Positions 9,791 to 19,533 of a DNA stretch of 61,010 bases are shown here, in pieces. How positions within the stretch are numbered: the first letter of the stretch is position 1; each line of letters starts with the position of its first letter. A program made the position numbers and the translations under genes. The stretch lies in contig JACVJK010000004.1 in NCBI GenBank assembly GCA_015711955.1, forward strand, positions 1 through 61,010, in the 5' to 3' direction. Under the pieces are notes generated by a model. It was not told the DNA's origin, ran no database searches, and saw only the letters and a list, made by a program, of their open reading frames with translations. Source of the stretch: Actinomycetota bacterium (GTDB lineage Bacteria; Actinomycetota; Geothermincolia; Geothermincolales; RBG-13-55-18).

Positions 9791-10978
9791 ATGACGGTAA
9801 AAGAGGAGGTGCGCCGAGACAGACTGGGGCTTGCCATTTTGGGTTCCACGGGGTCCATAGGGAGGCAGGCCTTGGAGGTGGTGCGCCTTCACCGAGACCG
9901 AACGAGGTTGGTGGCCCTGGTGGCTCGTTCCAACGTCCAACTTCTGGAAGTGCAGGCACGGGAATTCAGGCCCCTAATGGTGGGGATGGTGGAGGAAGGG
10001 CCAGCTCGCGAACTCGAAAGGAACCTTTTCGGGACGGGAATAGAGGTGAGGAGAGGGCCTGACTGCTTGTTGGAGGCTGCAGTCCATCCCCTGGCGGATG
10101 TGGTGCTCAACGCGGTGGTGGGCTCGGCGGGGCTTCCGGCCACTTTGGCCGCCTTGGGAGCTGGAAAAAGGCTCGCCCTGGCCAACAAGGAGAGTCTGGT
10201 GGCTGGGGGCGACCTGGTTCTCAGGGCTTTAAGCGGTGGGGGAGAATTGATACCAGTGGATTCTGAACACAGCGCCATTTTTCATTGTTTGAAGGGAGAG
10301 GATCCCAATGCGGTGGAGAGGATAATCCTCACCGCTTCCGGTGGCCCATTTCGCGGGCGTACCCGGGAAGAACTGGAAGAGGTCACCCCCCAAGAGGCTT
10401 TGCGACACCCCACCTGGGACATGGGAGCGAGGATCACGGTGGATTCTTCCACCCTCATGAACAAGGGCTTTGAGGTCATCGAGGCCCACTACCTTTTCGG
10501 CCTTTCTTACGACCGGATTGAAGTGGTGATCCACCCCCAAAGCATAGTCCATTCCATGGTAGAGTTCAGGGATGGAAGCCTATCAGCCCAGCTCAGCGTG
10601 CCCGATATGAGGATTCCCATCGCTCTGGCCCTCTTTCACCCCGAGCGATGGGAGACCCCGGCGAAACGAACTACCCTCTCCGACTTGAGGTCCCTCACCT
10701 TCGAGCCCGTGGATAAGCACGCTTTTCGCTGCTTGGATCTTGCCTACCAGGCGGGAAGAGCTGGGGGGACGGCAACCGCTGTCTTAAACGCCGTGGACGA
10801 GTTGGCGGTGGAATTGTTCTTGAAGGGAAAGATCGGCTTTCTCGACATCGAGAGGATGGTAGCTGATGTCCTCGAGGCCCATCAGCCAAGGAAAGTGGAG
10901 GTCCTGCAGGACGTTTTGGAGGCCGAGGAGTGGGCCAGGGATAGGGCCATGATTTGGTGGGAGGAGAATCGGAAATGA
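9791..10978 (+). CDS. dxr: 1-deoxy-D-xylulose-5-phosphate reductoisomerase
   Basis: Motifs ILGSTGSIGRQ, LANKESLV, DSEHSAIFHC and NKGFEVIEAH are present. The start is moved to ATG 9791, just before the NADPH-binding motif. Confidence 0.93.
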   Translation: MTVKEEVRRDRLGLAILGSTGSIGRQALEVVRLHRDRTRLVALVARSNVQLLEVQAREFRPLMVGMVEEGPARELERNLFGTGIEVRRGPDCLLEAAVHPLADVVLNAVVGSAGLPATLAALGAGKRLALANKESLVAGGDLVLRALSGGGELIPVDSEHSAIFHCLKGEDPNAVERIILTASGGPFRGRTREELEEVTPQEALRHPTWDMGARITVDSSTLMNKGFEVIEAHYLFGLSYDRIEVVIHPQSIVHSMVEFRDGSLSAQLSVPDMRIPIALALFHPERWETPAKRTTLSDLRSLTFEPVDKHAFRCLDLAYQAGRAGGTATAVLNAVDELAVELFLKGKIGFLDIERMVADVLEAHQPRKVEVLQDVLEAEEWARDRAMIWWEENRK

Positions 10979-12081
10979 GTTTTGTGCTGTACCTTCTGGC
11001 GGTCATTGCCGCCGTGGTGATCTTGGTGATGGTTCACGAGTTGGGACATTTCCTGGCCGCTCGTATGGTGGGGGTGAGGGCCACCGAGTTCTTCGTGGGT
11101 TTTGGGCCTCGCCTCTGGAGCTTTCGCAAGGGCGGTACGGAATATGGGATAAAGTGGATTCTGGTGGGGGGATACGTGAAGATCTTGGGCATGAACCCTG
11201 ATGAGGAGGTAAGTCCCGATGAGTGGCGCCATTCCTATCGGAGCGTTCCCCACTGGAAAAGGTCTCTCATAGTCTTAGCGGGTTCTCTGTCCCACGTGAT
11301 CTTGGCATTGATTCTCTCTTTTTCTGCCATTTATTTCCTGGGGGTTCCAAATCCGGATCGCCCCAGCACCGTGATCGCCGAGGTGGGACAGTACATGGAG
11401 AACGGGGTCGATGAGACTCCGGCTTGGAAAGCCGGTTTGAGGCGGGGAGACCGGATCGTCGCAGTGGACGGGAAAGAGGTGGCCGATTGGTGGGAGATGC
11501 GGGATTACATTAGGCAGAATCCCGGAAAGGAAGTCATGGTAACCATAAAGAGGGGCACGGAGATCCTGGAGGTTCCGGTGACCTTGGCGGTGAGGGAGGA
11601 CGGTGGGGGATACCTGGGGGTCAGTCCTCTGGAGGAAAGGGATCGCTATGGACTTATAAGTGCGGTGGTGGAGACCGGGAAATGGTACTTACAGGCCTCT
11701 TACGGCGTTTTCTATGGCATATATCGCATGTTCAGCTGGGAGACGTTACGACAGCTGTTGGGTATCGGGGAACCCACGGCGGAAAGGCCGGTCACGGTGG
11801 TGGGAGCATCCCGTTTAGCGGGAAGGGTTGCCAGTTACGGTGCCTTTTATTTTCTCAATTTCATCGCCTTCATACTTTTGTTCCTGGCATACGTCAACCT
11901 GCTTCCTCTGCCGCCCCTGGACGGAGGCCATCTGATGGTGATCCTGGTGGAGAAGGTCAGCGGCAAAGAGATAGACATAAGGAAGCTGTACCCGGTGGCA
12001 GTGGTAGTGATCACGTTTTTCGTCACCATGTTCGTGTTGACCCTGAGGTTAGACATATTCAGCCCCATTCAGCTTCCCTGA
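10975..12081 (+). CDS. rseP: Site-2 (RIP) zinc metalloprotease, M50 family, with a PDZ domain
   Basis: HELGHFLAARMVG (HExxH) lies in TM1, a PDZ-like segment follows (GLRRGDRIVAVDG), and NLLPLPPLDGGH is present. The ATG overlaps the dxr stop (ATGA). Confidence 0.9.
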   Translation: MSFVLYLLAVIAAVVILVMVHELGHFLAARMVGVRATEFFVGFGPRLWSFRKGGTEYGIKWILVGGYVKILGMNPDEEVSPDEWRHSYRSVPHWKRSLIVLAGSLSHVILALILSFSAIYFLGVPNPDRPSTVIAEVGQYMENGVDETPAWKAGLRRGDRIVAVDGKEVADWWEMRDYIRQNPGKEVMVTIKRGTEILEVPVTLAVREDGGGYLGVSPLEERDRYGLISAVVETGKWYLQASYGVFYGIYRMFSWETLRQLLGIGEPTAERPVTVVGASRLAGRVASYGAFYFLNFIAFILLFLAYVNLLPLPPLDGGHLMVILVEKVSGKEIDIRKLYPVAVVVITFFVTMFVLTLRLDIFSPIQLP

Positions 12082-12095
12082 GGAGGTTTCGGTTA

Positions 12096-13178
12096 TTGGA
12101 GCGAAGGAAAAGCAGGAAGTTGACGCTGGGGTGGATCCCAGTGGGAGGGGACGCACCGGTTTCGGTGCAGTCCATGACCAACACCCTTACCTGGGATGTG
12201 AGGGCTACTCTCCGTCAAATAGAGGAACTCCACGCCGTAGGTTGCGACATCGTTCGGGTGGCCCTCCCCGATCTGGATAGCTGTCGGGCCTTGAAGGAGA
12301 TCGTCAAGGCCTCTCCCGTGCCGGTGGTGGCCGATGTGCACTTCGATCACCGCATCGCCCTGGAGGCTATTCGTTCGGGTGCCCACGGATTGCGGATCAA
12401 CCCCGGCAACATAGGCGATGAGAGGAAGGTAAGAGAAATAGCCCGTGCGGCCCGGGAGATGGGCGTTCCGGTAAGGGTGGGTGCCAATGCAGGATCGTTG
12501 CCCCGCGACGTCCTCAAAACCTATGGGGGCCCCACACCCCAGGCCCTGGTGGAAAGCGCGTTGAGGGAAGTCTCGGTCCTGGAAAGGGAGGGGTTTGACC
12601 TGATCGAGATATCCGTGAAATCCAGCTCGGTGCCGGTGACCATCGAGGCCAACCTCATGATCGCGGAGAAGGTAGACTATCCCCTGCACCTGGGCGTGAG
12701 CGAGGCGGGCCCTATCTGGTCCGGGACCATAAAATCCGCAGTGGGCATAGGGGCCCTATTGGCTCAGGGCATCGGAGACACCATCAGGGTGTCCTTGGCC
12801 GGTGACCCGGTGGAGGAGGTGAGGGTGGGCAGGGCGATCTTGAGATCTCTCGGCCTCTCATCCCAGGGACCGGATATCGTGGCTTGTCCCACATGCGCCC
12901 GCGCTCGGATAGACGTGGCGGCCTTGGCGGAGGAACTGGAGAAGAGACTCAGGGACCACCGCCTCGGTCTGCGCATCGCCGTTATGGGATGTTCTGTGAA
13001 TGGTCCAGGGGAGGCCCGGGAAGCTGACCTGGGAATAGCCGGGGGCAAGACCAGGGGACTTCTGTTCAGGAAGGGAAGCCCGGTGGCTTGGTATCCCAAG
13101 GATAGGCTTCTGGACGTCCTCCTCGAGGAGGTGGCCAAGGTTTCTCAAGGTATGACGACAGAAAGTGAAGAGGGTTGA
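12096..13178 (+). CDS. ispG: 4-hydroxy-3-methylbut-2-en-1-yl diphosphate synthase
   Basis: Motifs VGGDAPVSVQSMTNT, VACPTCAR and GCSVNGPGEA are present. TTG 12096 lies 9 nt after AGGAGG (12081-12086). The ORF-track start at 11682 overlaps rseP and is spurious. Confidence 0.92.
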   Translation: MERRKSRKLTLGWIPVGGDAPVSVQSMTNTLTWDVRATLRQIEELHAVGCDIVRVALPDLDSCRALKEIVKASPVPVVADVHFDHRIALEAIRSGAHGLRINPGNIGDERKVREIARAAREMGVPVRVGANAGSLPRDVLKTYGGPTPQALVESALREVSVLEREGFDLIEISVKSSSVPVTIEANLMIAEKVDYPLHLGVSEAGPIWSGTIKSAVGIGALLAQGIGDTIRVSLAGDPVEEVRVGRAILRSLGLSSQGPDIVACPTCARARIDVAALAEELEKRLRDHRLGLRIAVMGCSVNGPGEAREADLGIAGGKTRGLLFRKGSPVAWYPKDRLLDVLLEEVAKVSQGMTTESEEG

Positions 13179-13288
13179 GGCGGGGTCCTCGCACCCGGTT
13201 CTTCCGCTAAGGTCGGTTTGTGGCTTTACGGTCGACCTAAGATCGCTGGATTCGGAAAGAGCGAGAAATTCTGTGAGGGGAGGATGAT

Positions 13289-14989
13289 ATGAGGCAGAGC
13301 AGGCTGTTCGCCCCTACCTTGAAGGAATCACCAGCGGATGCCGAGATCGCCAGTCACAAGCTCCTGGTGCGAGGGGGCTTTATGAGGAGGGTGGCCTCGG
13401 GTATCTATGACTTCCTTCCCCTGGGGGTAAGGGTGTTGAGGAAGATAGAGAGAATAATTCGCGAGGAGATGAACCGGGAAGGCGCACAAGAGGTGATGCT
13501 CCCCATCCTTCAACCTCGCGAGCTGTGGGAGGAAAGCGGACGATGGTCCCTCTATGGGGAGGAGATGATGCGCCTGAAGGACAGGGCGGGGAGGGACTTC
13601 GGCCTTGGACCTACCCACGAGGAGGTTATCACCGCTTTGGTTCGCGACAACATTAAATCCTACCGCGACCTTCCCCTCAACCTTTACCAGATCGGCGCCA
13701 AGTTCAGGGATGAAGTGAGACCTCGCTTCGGCCTGCTACGAGCCCGGGAGTTCGTCATGAAGGATGCTTACAGTTTCGACAGAGACGAAAAAGGAATGCG
13801 GGACAGCTACCATTCGATGTACCGAGCCTATTCCCGCATCTTCGATCGATGTGGGGTGCGGTGGATGGCGGTAGAAGCCGACACGGGACTGATAGGAGGA
13901 GATGTCAGCCACGAGTTCATGGTTTTGGCGGCCGTGGGCGAGGATCGCATCGCCCATTGCGAGAACTGTGGATACGCCGCCAACGTTAACTTGGCTGGAT
14001 ACAGGCGGGAGTCGATAACTGGGAAGGCAAGGCCTTTGGAATTGGTCTACACGCCGGGTCGAAGGACGGTGGAGGAAGTAAGCTCCTTTCTGGAAGTGGA
14101 GCCCCGGTATCTCATCAAATGCCTGATGTATTTGGTGGAAGGGAAGCCTGTGGCGGTGCTCGTCCCCGGCGATCGGGAAGCGGGTGAGGTGAAACTGGAG
14201 AGGGCCTTGGGGACCCCGGAGTTCCGGCTGTTCAACGACGCGGATTGGGAATGCCATCCCCAATTCGTGCGGGGTTTCGTGGGCCCGGTGGGCCTGGACG
14301 GCGCGGAGGTATTAGCGGACCTTTCCTTGGAGGGAGCTCAAGGGATGGTGTGCGGATCCAACCGAGAGGATCACCATTTGGTGGGCGTGGAGGTTGGGAG
14401 GGACTTTAAGCCCACCCGGTACTTGGACCTAGCCCTTGTGAGGGATGGCGATCCTTGCCCCCGATGTGATAGTAGCCTGCAGGTGGCGGCGGGGATCGAA
14501 GTCGGGCAGATCTTTCAACTTGGACTCAAGTATTCTCAGTCCATGGGCTGCACCTATACCGACGAGAAGGGGCAGGAGAGACCCGTTTTCATGGGTTGTT
14601 ACGGAATCGGAGTGACCAGGTTGATGGCGGCTATCGTGGAACAGCACCACGACGATAAGGGCATCCGCTGGCCGCTGGAGGTGGCCCCTGCCCACGTGCA
14701 CATCATTCCCCTTAACTACGAGAAGGAAGAACGCAGAAGAGCGGCGGAAGGCATATACCGTGAACTGCTTGAATCCGGATTAGAAGTTCTGTTGGACGAC
14801 CGGGAGGAGAGCGCTGGGGTGAAGTTTGCGGATGCGGACCTTTACGGGATTCCCTTCCGTTTGGTGCTGGGAAAGGTCTTCGAGGAATCTGGGGAGCTGG
14901 AATTGCAGGTGAGGACATCGGGAGAGAGGGTTATCATGAGCCCTCAGGAAGCAAAGAACTGGATCATGGAGGCCTTGACAGGTGTTTGA
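13289..14989 (+). CDS. proS: Proline--tRNA ligase
   Basis: Motifs LGPTHEEV, KFRDEVRPRFGLLRAREFVMKDAYSF and GCYGIGVTR are present, with a bacterial-type editing insertion. Confidence 0.95.
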   Translation: MRQSRLFAPTLKESPADAEIASHKLLVRGGFMRRVASGIYDFLPLGVRVLRKIERIIREEMNREGAQEVMLPILQPRELWEESGRWSLYGEEMMRLKDRAGRDFGLGPTHEEVITALVRDNIKSYRDLPLNLYQIGAKFRDEVRPRFGLLRAREFVMKDAYSFDRDEKGMRDSYHSMYRAYSRIFDRCGVRWMAVEADTGLIGGDVSHEFMVLAAVGEDRIAHCENCGYAANVNLAGYRRESITGKARPLELVYTPGRRTVEEVSSFLEVEPRYLIKCLMYLVEGKPVAVLVPGDREAGEVKLERALGTPEFRLFNDADWECHPQFVRGFVGPVGLDGAEVLADLSLEGAQGMVCGSNREDHHLVGVEVGRDFKPTRYLDLALVRDGDPCPRCDSSLQVAAGIEVGQIFQLGLKYSQSMGCTYTDEKGQERPVFMGCYGIGVTRLMAAIVEQHHDDKGIRWPLEVAPAHVHIIPLNYEKEERRRAAEGIYRELLESGLEVLLDDREESAGVKFADADLYGIPFRLVLGKVFEESGELELQVRTSGERVIMSPQEAKNWIMEALTGV

Positions 14990-15125
14990 GGCAATGGGTT
15001 GCCTTAGTGGGACTGCTCCCTTCGTGGGATTTTTGTCGTTGGCTTTATGGAGTCCGATGGTCTCTTATTCCAAAAACCCCTGAACTCCGTGGGGATTAAC
15101 AGGATGATGGCCAAGGAGATGGGGC

Positions 15126-15803
15126 TTGGATCTTGAAAGAGGCGGGAGTCTTGTCGTGAGGGGAACCGAAGATCTTTGGGATGTGGACCGTGGCCTTAGG
15201 CGTTTCGCCTCCGCTGCGTTTCATCCGTTAGGTTGGGGATTGGCACAGATACTTAGCCCCAATGCCATGACCATCCTCTCGGGGATGATTTCCGCCGCTG
15301 TGGGATATTTCTTCGCAGTTGGCAGATTTTTCCTTGGGACTTGGCTCATGTTGGCCGCGGGACTTCTGGATATATGGGATGGGCAAGTGGCCAAGCTGAC
15401 GGGAAAGGTTTCCCTTTTGGGGGCCTTTTTGGATTCAACGGTGGATAGGGCGAGCGACATGCTCTACTCCTTTGGCGCCTTGTACTTCTTCTTGTCCCAG
15501 AGGAAGTACGACGTGGCGTTCATGATCGCCGGTTACGTGTTCCTTTCCACCATGATCAGCTACGTTAAGGCCAGGGCAGAGGGGTTGGGTCTTGCTTGCT
15601 CCGGTGGACTGCTGGCCCGCCCTCTGCGCATGCTCCTTTTCGGTTTCCCTCTTTATGTTTACGGGGTAATGGGCAACCTCTGGGTGTTTCGTGGATCCCT
15701 CGTTCTTTGCCTGCTACTGGGCACCGAAACCCTTGCTCGAAGGATACTGATGGTGGTAAAAGACGCGCGTCGAAGGGAGGACGCAGTGGCCGACAAAGGG
15801 TGA
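15126..15803 (+). CDS. pgsA: CDP-alcohol phosphatidyltransferase (phosphatidylinositol-phosphate synthase-like)
   Basis: The full motif D-x2-DG-x2-AK-x8-G-x3-D-x3-D is present (DIWDGQVAKLTGKVSLLGAFLDSTVDRASD). The protein is polytopic and sits first in a pgsA1-acyltransferase-pimA arrangement. Confidence 0.85.
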   Translation: MDLERGGSLVVRGTEDLWDVDRGLRRFASAAFHPLGWGLAQILSPNAMTILSGMISAAVGYFFAVGRFFLGTWLMLAAGLLDIWDGQVAKLTGKVSLLGAFLDSTVDRASDMLYSFGALYFFLSQRKYDVAFMIAGYVFLSTMISYVKARAEGLGLACSGGLLARPLRMLLFGFPLYVYGVMGNLWVFRGSLVLCLLLGTETLARRILMVVKDARRREDAVADKG

Positions 15804-15919
15804 ACCACAGTTTTGAGGTCCGAGGATGACAGGACTCGCAGAACGGTCGTGCGAGCGAGGGATATTCCCATAGAAAACAGATCCTGTTTGGTCCTTGGAT
15901 AGAGACGAAGGGGAGGGAG

Positions 15920-16831
15920 ATGGAGAAAAAGGTCGTTATGAAACAAAATCTTACAGGCTATCTGAACTACATCATGCTTCGCCTCTTTTGCTATCTCGCC
16001 GGATTGATCGACGCGAAGAAGGCTCATAGGATAGCGGCGTTCGTGGGGGACATTGCCTATTTCCTCTCGCGAAAAAAGAGGAAAGTGGTCCGAGAGAACA
16101 TGAGGAGGGTGTCTCCCCAGGCCGGGGAGCGAGAGTTGGATAACATGACCAGAAAGAGCTTTCAGAATTACGCCCGATATTGGTTGGATTTCTTGCGTTG
16201 TTGGCATCTCACCTTTGAAGAGATCTACAGGATAGTTGTACCTCATGGCGTGGAATGGATTGACCGGTGCCTGGAGCAGGGAAAAGGGGTTGTCTTTGCC
16301 CTTCCCCACTTCGGTAGCTGGGACATGCTGGGAGGCTGGGTGGGCTTGCAATATCCGAGCATGTGGGCGGTGGCGGAGCAGCTCAAGCCTCGTGCCCTCT
16401 TCGACTTCCACACGGAATTGAGACGCAGGATGGGTATAAAGATCATACCTCTGGGAGAGAACACCGCCGAGAAGGTCATCCAGGTTTGTATGGACAACGG
16501 CATCGTTTGCCTGCTCTCCGACCGGGTGGTGGCCGGGAGCGGGGTAGAGGTGGAGTTCTTCGGCGAGAGGGTACTCTTTCCCGTGGGACCGGCATTGCTG
16601 GCGGTGAAACTGGGCACCCCCATCCTACCCTGTCTCACCATCCGCGAGGGGGGCATGTACCACGGCTATGTGGGCCCTCCCCTGGAGGTGGAAATTACCG
16701 GCGATACCCGCAGGGACGTACAGATCAACATGCAGAAACTGGCCAAGGTTTTCGAGGAGTTCATCCGACGTGACCCCACCCAGTGGCACATGTTCCAACC
16801 CCTTTTCAAGGAAGAACGGGAACGGAATTAG
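15920..16831 (+). CDS. Lysophospholipid/lipid A-type acyltransferase (HtrB/LpxL family; PIM acyltransferase-like)
   Basis: The HtrB-family layout is present (N-terminal TM, LPHFGSWD corresponding to the HX4D box region). It is positioned like M. tuberculosis Rv2611c, between pgsA1 and pimA. Confidence 0.8.
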   Translation: MEKKVVMKQNLTGYLNYIMLRLFCYLAGLIDAKKAHRIAAFVGDIAYFLSRKKRKVVRENMRRVSPQAGERELDNMTRKSFQNYARYWLDFLRCWHLTFEEIYRIVVPHGVEWIDRCLEQGKGVVFALPHFGSWDMLGGWVGLQYPSMWAVAEQLKPRALFDFHTELRRRMGIKIIPLGENTAEKVIQVCMDNGIVCLLSDRVVAGSGVEVEFFGERVLFPVGPALLAVKLGTPILPCLTIREGGMYHGYVGPPLEVEITGDTRRDVQINMQKLAKVFEEFIRRDPTQWHMFQPLFKEERERN

Positions 16832-17985
16832 CTGCGAGGGCGATTCGGAACACACCAGAACCCGACGCCGAAACAGGGGCAAGGCCGTATGGGCCGAGGC
16901 GAACGAGACGCTTTTGACCTGTGGTGGTAGTGGGGGCAAGGCTTGATCTGCCAGGGCGAGGGGTATTAGGGCCGTTCATTCACCCAGATAGATGAAGATT
17001 TGGCAGAAAAGCGAGGATATTGGCGGGAACTGCGGCGTTTGCCTCAGCGCTCTTTCGTGTTTTACCAACTTTGGTCGGCGAAAGCGCCCATGCTACTCGG
17101 TCTGCGCTTAAAACCAATTTTCACGGGATTTCCCCTTGACCACCATTCCGGGCCTCATTCGAGCTCTGTTTTTGCGCTCGAGACCGTATTATCCGAAGAA
17201 TGGTAACAGTTACCAGAGAAAAAAGTGGCCGTGGTTCAGGAGGCCAGCGCGGCACATGCCTGAGGATTTCATGAGAAGGCATGGTAAAAGTAATACCCTC
17301 TTTTAGGAGCCTGCTTTGGGTCAATCTTGAGTTTCCCTTTATTGAGGCCTTGGGGAGTGGGGTTTTGGAGAAGGTATTGGTACTCTTCGGCGACGTGGCC
17401 GTGTCCAAAGATGAGCGGGCGGGGCATGTGCAGGATATGCCCGGGGTTGCCCGTTTCGCAGCGATCGCTGGCACTTAGCAACCCAAAGAGCCCTTGGCTT
17501 TAAAGCAGTTTACCTCTTCATGGACCACGGCGCCAGCCCATTTCGTTTTTTACGAGAGATATGCGGTTTCCTGCGAAGTTTCAGCGCCCTTGAAAACAGG
17601 TTGAAGGACAAGTGGTTTAAAAGAGAGTACGGGATACCCTGAGCTTTAACAATGCCTTCTGCCTATCTCCACGCCATCCGTGTCCGGATACGTCAAGTGC
17701 CCCGCGCTTTTTGTGGAACGCAATAGGAAAGAAGGGCGTTCACACTGCCGCGGGCAATGTTTGTATGAGATGTATCGCGGACTCACAGATTTTGGGAGAA
17801 TAAGCCCTAATGATGGAGGAAGAGGAGCTCTGGGAGTATCTGCCAAAAAGCGTCTTTGCCCTGAGGACATATCGGGAGACAGCGCTGGAAGGGAACTTCG
17901 CAATTCCTGGAAAGCGCGGAGAGGGACGCGGCCTCATACGCCGCGCCCCTCTACTTAAACTGGGAAGCTATATTCAGCCTTCCCT

Positions 17986-19533
17986 TCAAGCAGGGGAATA
18001 CATGGCCCTCAATTCCTTTTTGAGGATCTTACCGGTCGCGGTCCGGGGCAGGGCCTCGGCGAAGACCACCTTCTTGGGTATCTTGTACTTGGCCAACCTG
18101 CCCTGACAGAATTGGATTACCTCCTCCTCGGTTATCTCCACCCCGGGCTTGGGAACAACCACCGCTAGCCCCACCTCTCCCCACTTCTCGTCGGGGATTC
18201 CGATGACGCCCACATCGGCCACTTTTTCAAAGCCCATGATCACGTCCTCCACCTCCGCGGGGTAGACGTTCTCGCCCCCACTTATGTACATGTCCTTTTT
18301 TCGGTCAATCAAATATAAGTAGCCCTCATCGTCGATGTATCCCATGTCGCCGGTGTGCAACCAACCGTCGGTAAAGGACTCGGCGGTGGCCTCGGGGAGC
18401 CTCCAGTATTCCCGTATGACGTTGGGACCTTTAACCCACACCTCGCCCATCTGTCCCGGAGGAAGTTCGTTGCCCTCTGAGTCCACCACTTTTATGTCGG
18501 TGTGGAACACGGGTTTTCCGCAGGACCCTATTTTCCTCAGGGCGTCTTCTTGGCGCAAGGCGGTGATGGCGGTGGCCGTTTCCGTCATGCCGTAGCCCTG
18601 ATTGAAGGTGATGCCCTTTTTGAGCCAGGTCTCGATCAGGGGGCGGGGGCATGGGGCACCACCGGCGATGAAGAAGCGAACGCTGGAGTAATCGGTGCTC
18701 TCGAACTCAGGCACCTGGGTCATGAGCAAGAACATCACCGGGATACCGAACATGAAAGTGACCCCCTCCCTCTCTATGAGTTGAAGGGTCTCGGAGGGAT
18801 TGAAAAAGCGTTGGATGACCACCTTGGCCCCTGCGTACATGGCCGGGAAGGCTGAGACGGCCAAGCCACCTATATGGAAAAGGGGAGCGCAGGCTATGCT
18901 CACGTCTCCGCTATCGAAAGCGTACATGTGTATGGAGTTGATGGCGTTCCATTGGGTGTTGCCGTGTAAGATGCAGGCCCCCTTGGGTTTACCCGTAGTC
19001 CCCGAGGTGTACATTATTATGTGAATGTCATCCAAAGTCACTGGATGGTCGGTAAGGGGCTCATCTCCAGGGCGTCCCTTAACCCACTCCTCGTATAAAA
19101 GGTCATTGGAGTTGCCGCCCTCCTTTTCGGCGATCACGTGGGCCAAACTGGGCACCTTGTCCCGGAGGGCTTCCACCGAAGCAGTGAACTCCGGGCTGTA
19201 GAACAGGGCGATGGGCTCCGAGTCATTGAGGATGTATTCCAGCTCGGGGGGAGCCAGGCGGAAATTGAGGGGCACGAAAATCCCTCCCAACTTGTTCAAG
19301 GCGAAATGTATCTCCAGAAAGCGGTGGCAGTTGGCCATTAGCACGGCCACTCGGGTACCTTTTCTCACGCCCATCTCCTGCAGGCCGTGGGCTACTTGGT
19401 TTACCCGGCGGTTGAAGTCGGCTTTGGAAAGCTCCATGTCACCGCATTTCAAATAGGGTTCTTCGGGATAGCGGATGGCCCAGCGAGTAGGCCACTCTCC
19501 CACGTTTAAATTGCCCCATGCGCCGGCTTTCAT
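17986..19533 (-). CDS. AMP-dependent acyl-CoA synthetase/ligase
   Basis: Motifs YTSGTTGKPKG, GYGMTE, HTGDMGY and PRTATGKILK are present. ATG 19533 lies 11 nt after the AGGAGGG SD. The GTG at 19542 is too close to the SD. Confidence 0.9.
   Translation of the reverse strand: MKAGAWGNLNVGEWPTRWAIRYPEEPYLKCGDMELSKADFNRRVNQVAHGLQEMGVRKGTRVAVLMANCHRFLEIHFALNKLGGIFVPLNFRLAPPELEYILNDSEPIALFYSPEFTASVEALRDKVPSLAHVIAEKEGGNSNDLLYEEWVKGRPGDEPLTDHPVTLDDIHIIMYTSGTTGKPKGACILHGNTQWNAINSIHMYAFDSGDVSIACAPLFHIGGLAVSAFPAMYAGAKVVIQRFFNPSETLQLIEREGVTFMFGIPVMFLLMTQVPEFESTDYSSVRFFIAGGAPCPRPLIETWLKKGITFNQGYGMTETATAITALRQEDALRKIGSCGKPVFHTDIKVVDSEGNELPPGQMGEVWVKGPNVIREYWRLPEATAESFTDGWLHTGDMGYIDDEGYLYLIDRKKDMYISGGENVYPAEVEDVIMGFEKVADVGVIGIPDEKWGEVGLAVVVPKPGVEITEEEVIQFCQGRLAKYKIPKKVVFAEALPRTATGKILKKELRAMYSPA

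Noticed and set aside
11682-12095. The upstream 138 codons of the 498-aa ORF containing ispG.
   Set aside because: This extension overlaps the 3' end of rseP in another frame. IspG homology begins only after TTG 12096, which has a perfect AGGAGG SD.
15659-16411. A 250-aa minus-strand ORF.
   Set aside because: It is antisense and spans the pgsA end and the acyltransferase start. It has no SD and no motifs.
17269-17481. A possible metallophosphoesterase gene (GHGH motif) on the minus strand.
   Set aside because: It is only about 70 codons with a single motif-like string and no N-terminal metal-binding blocks upstream in any frame. At best it is a decayed remnant, so I do not call it as a CDS or pseudogene.
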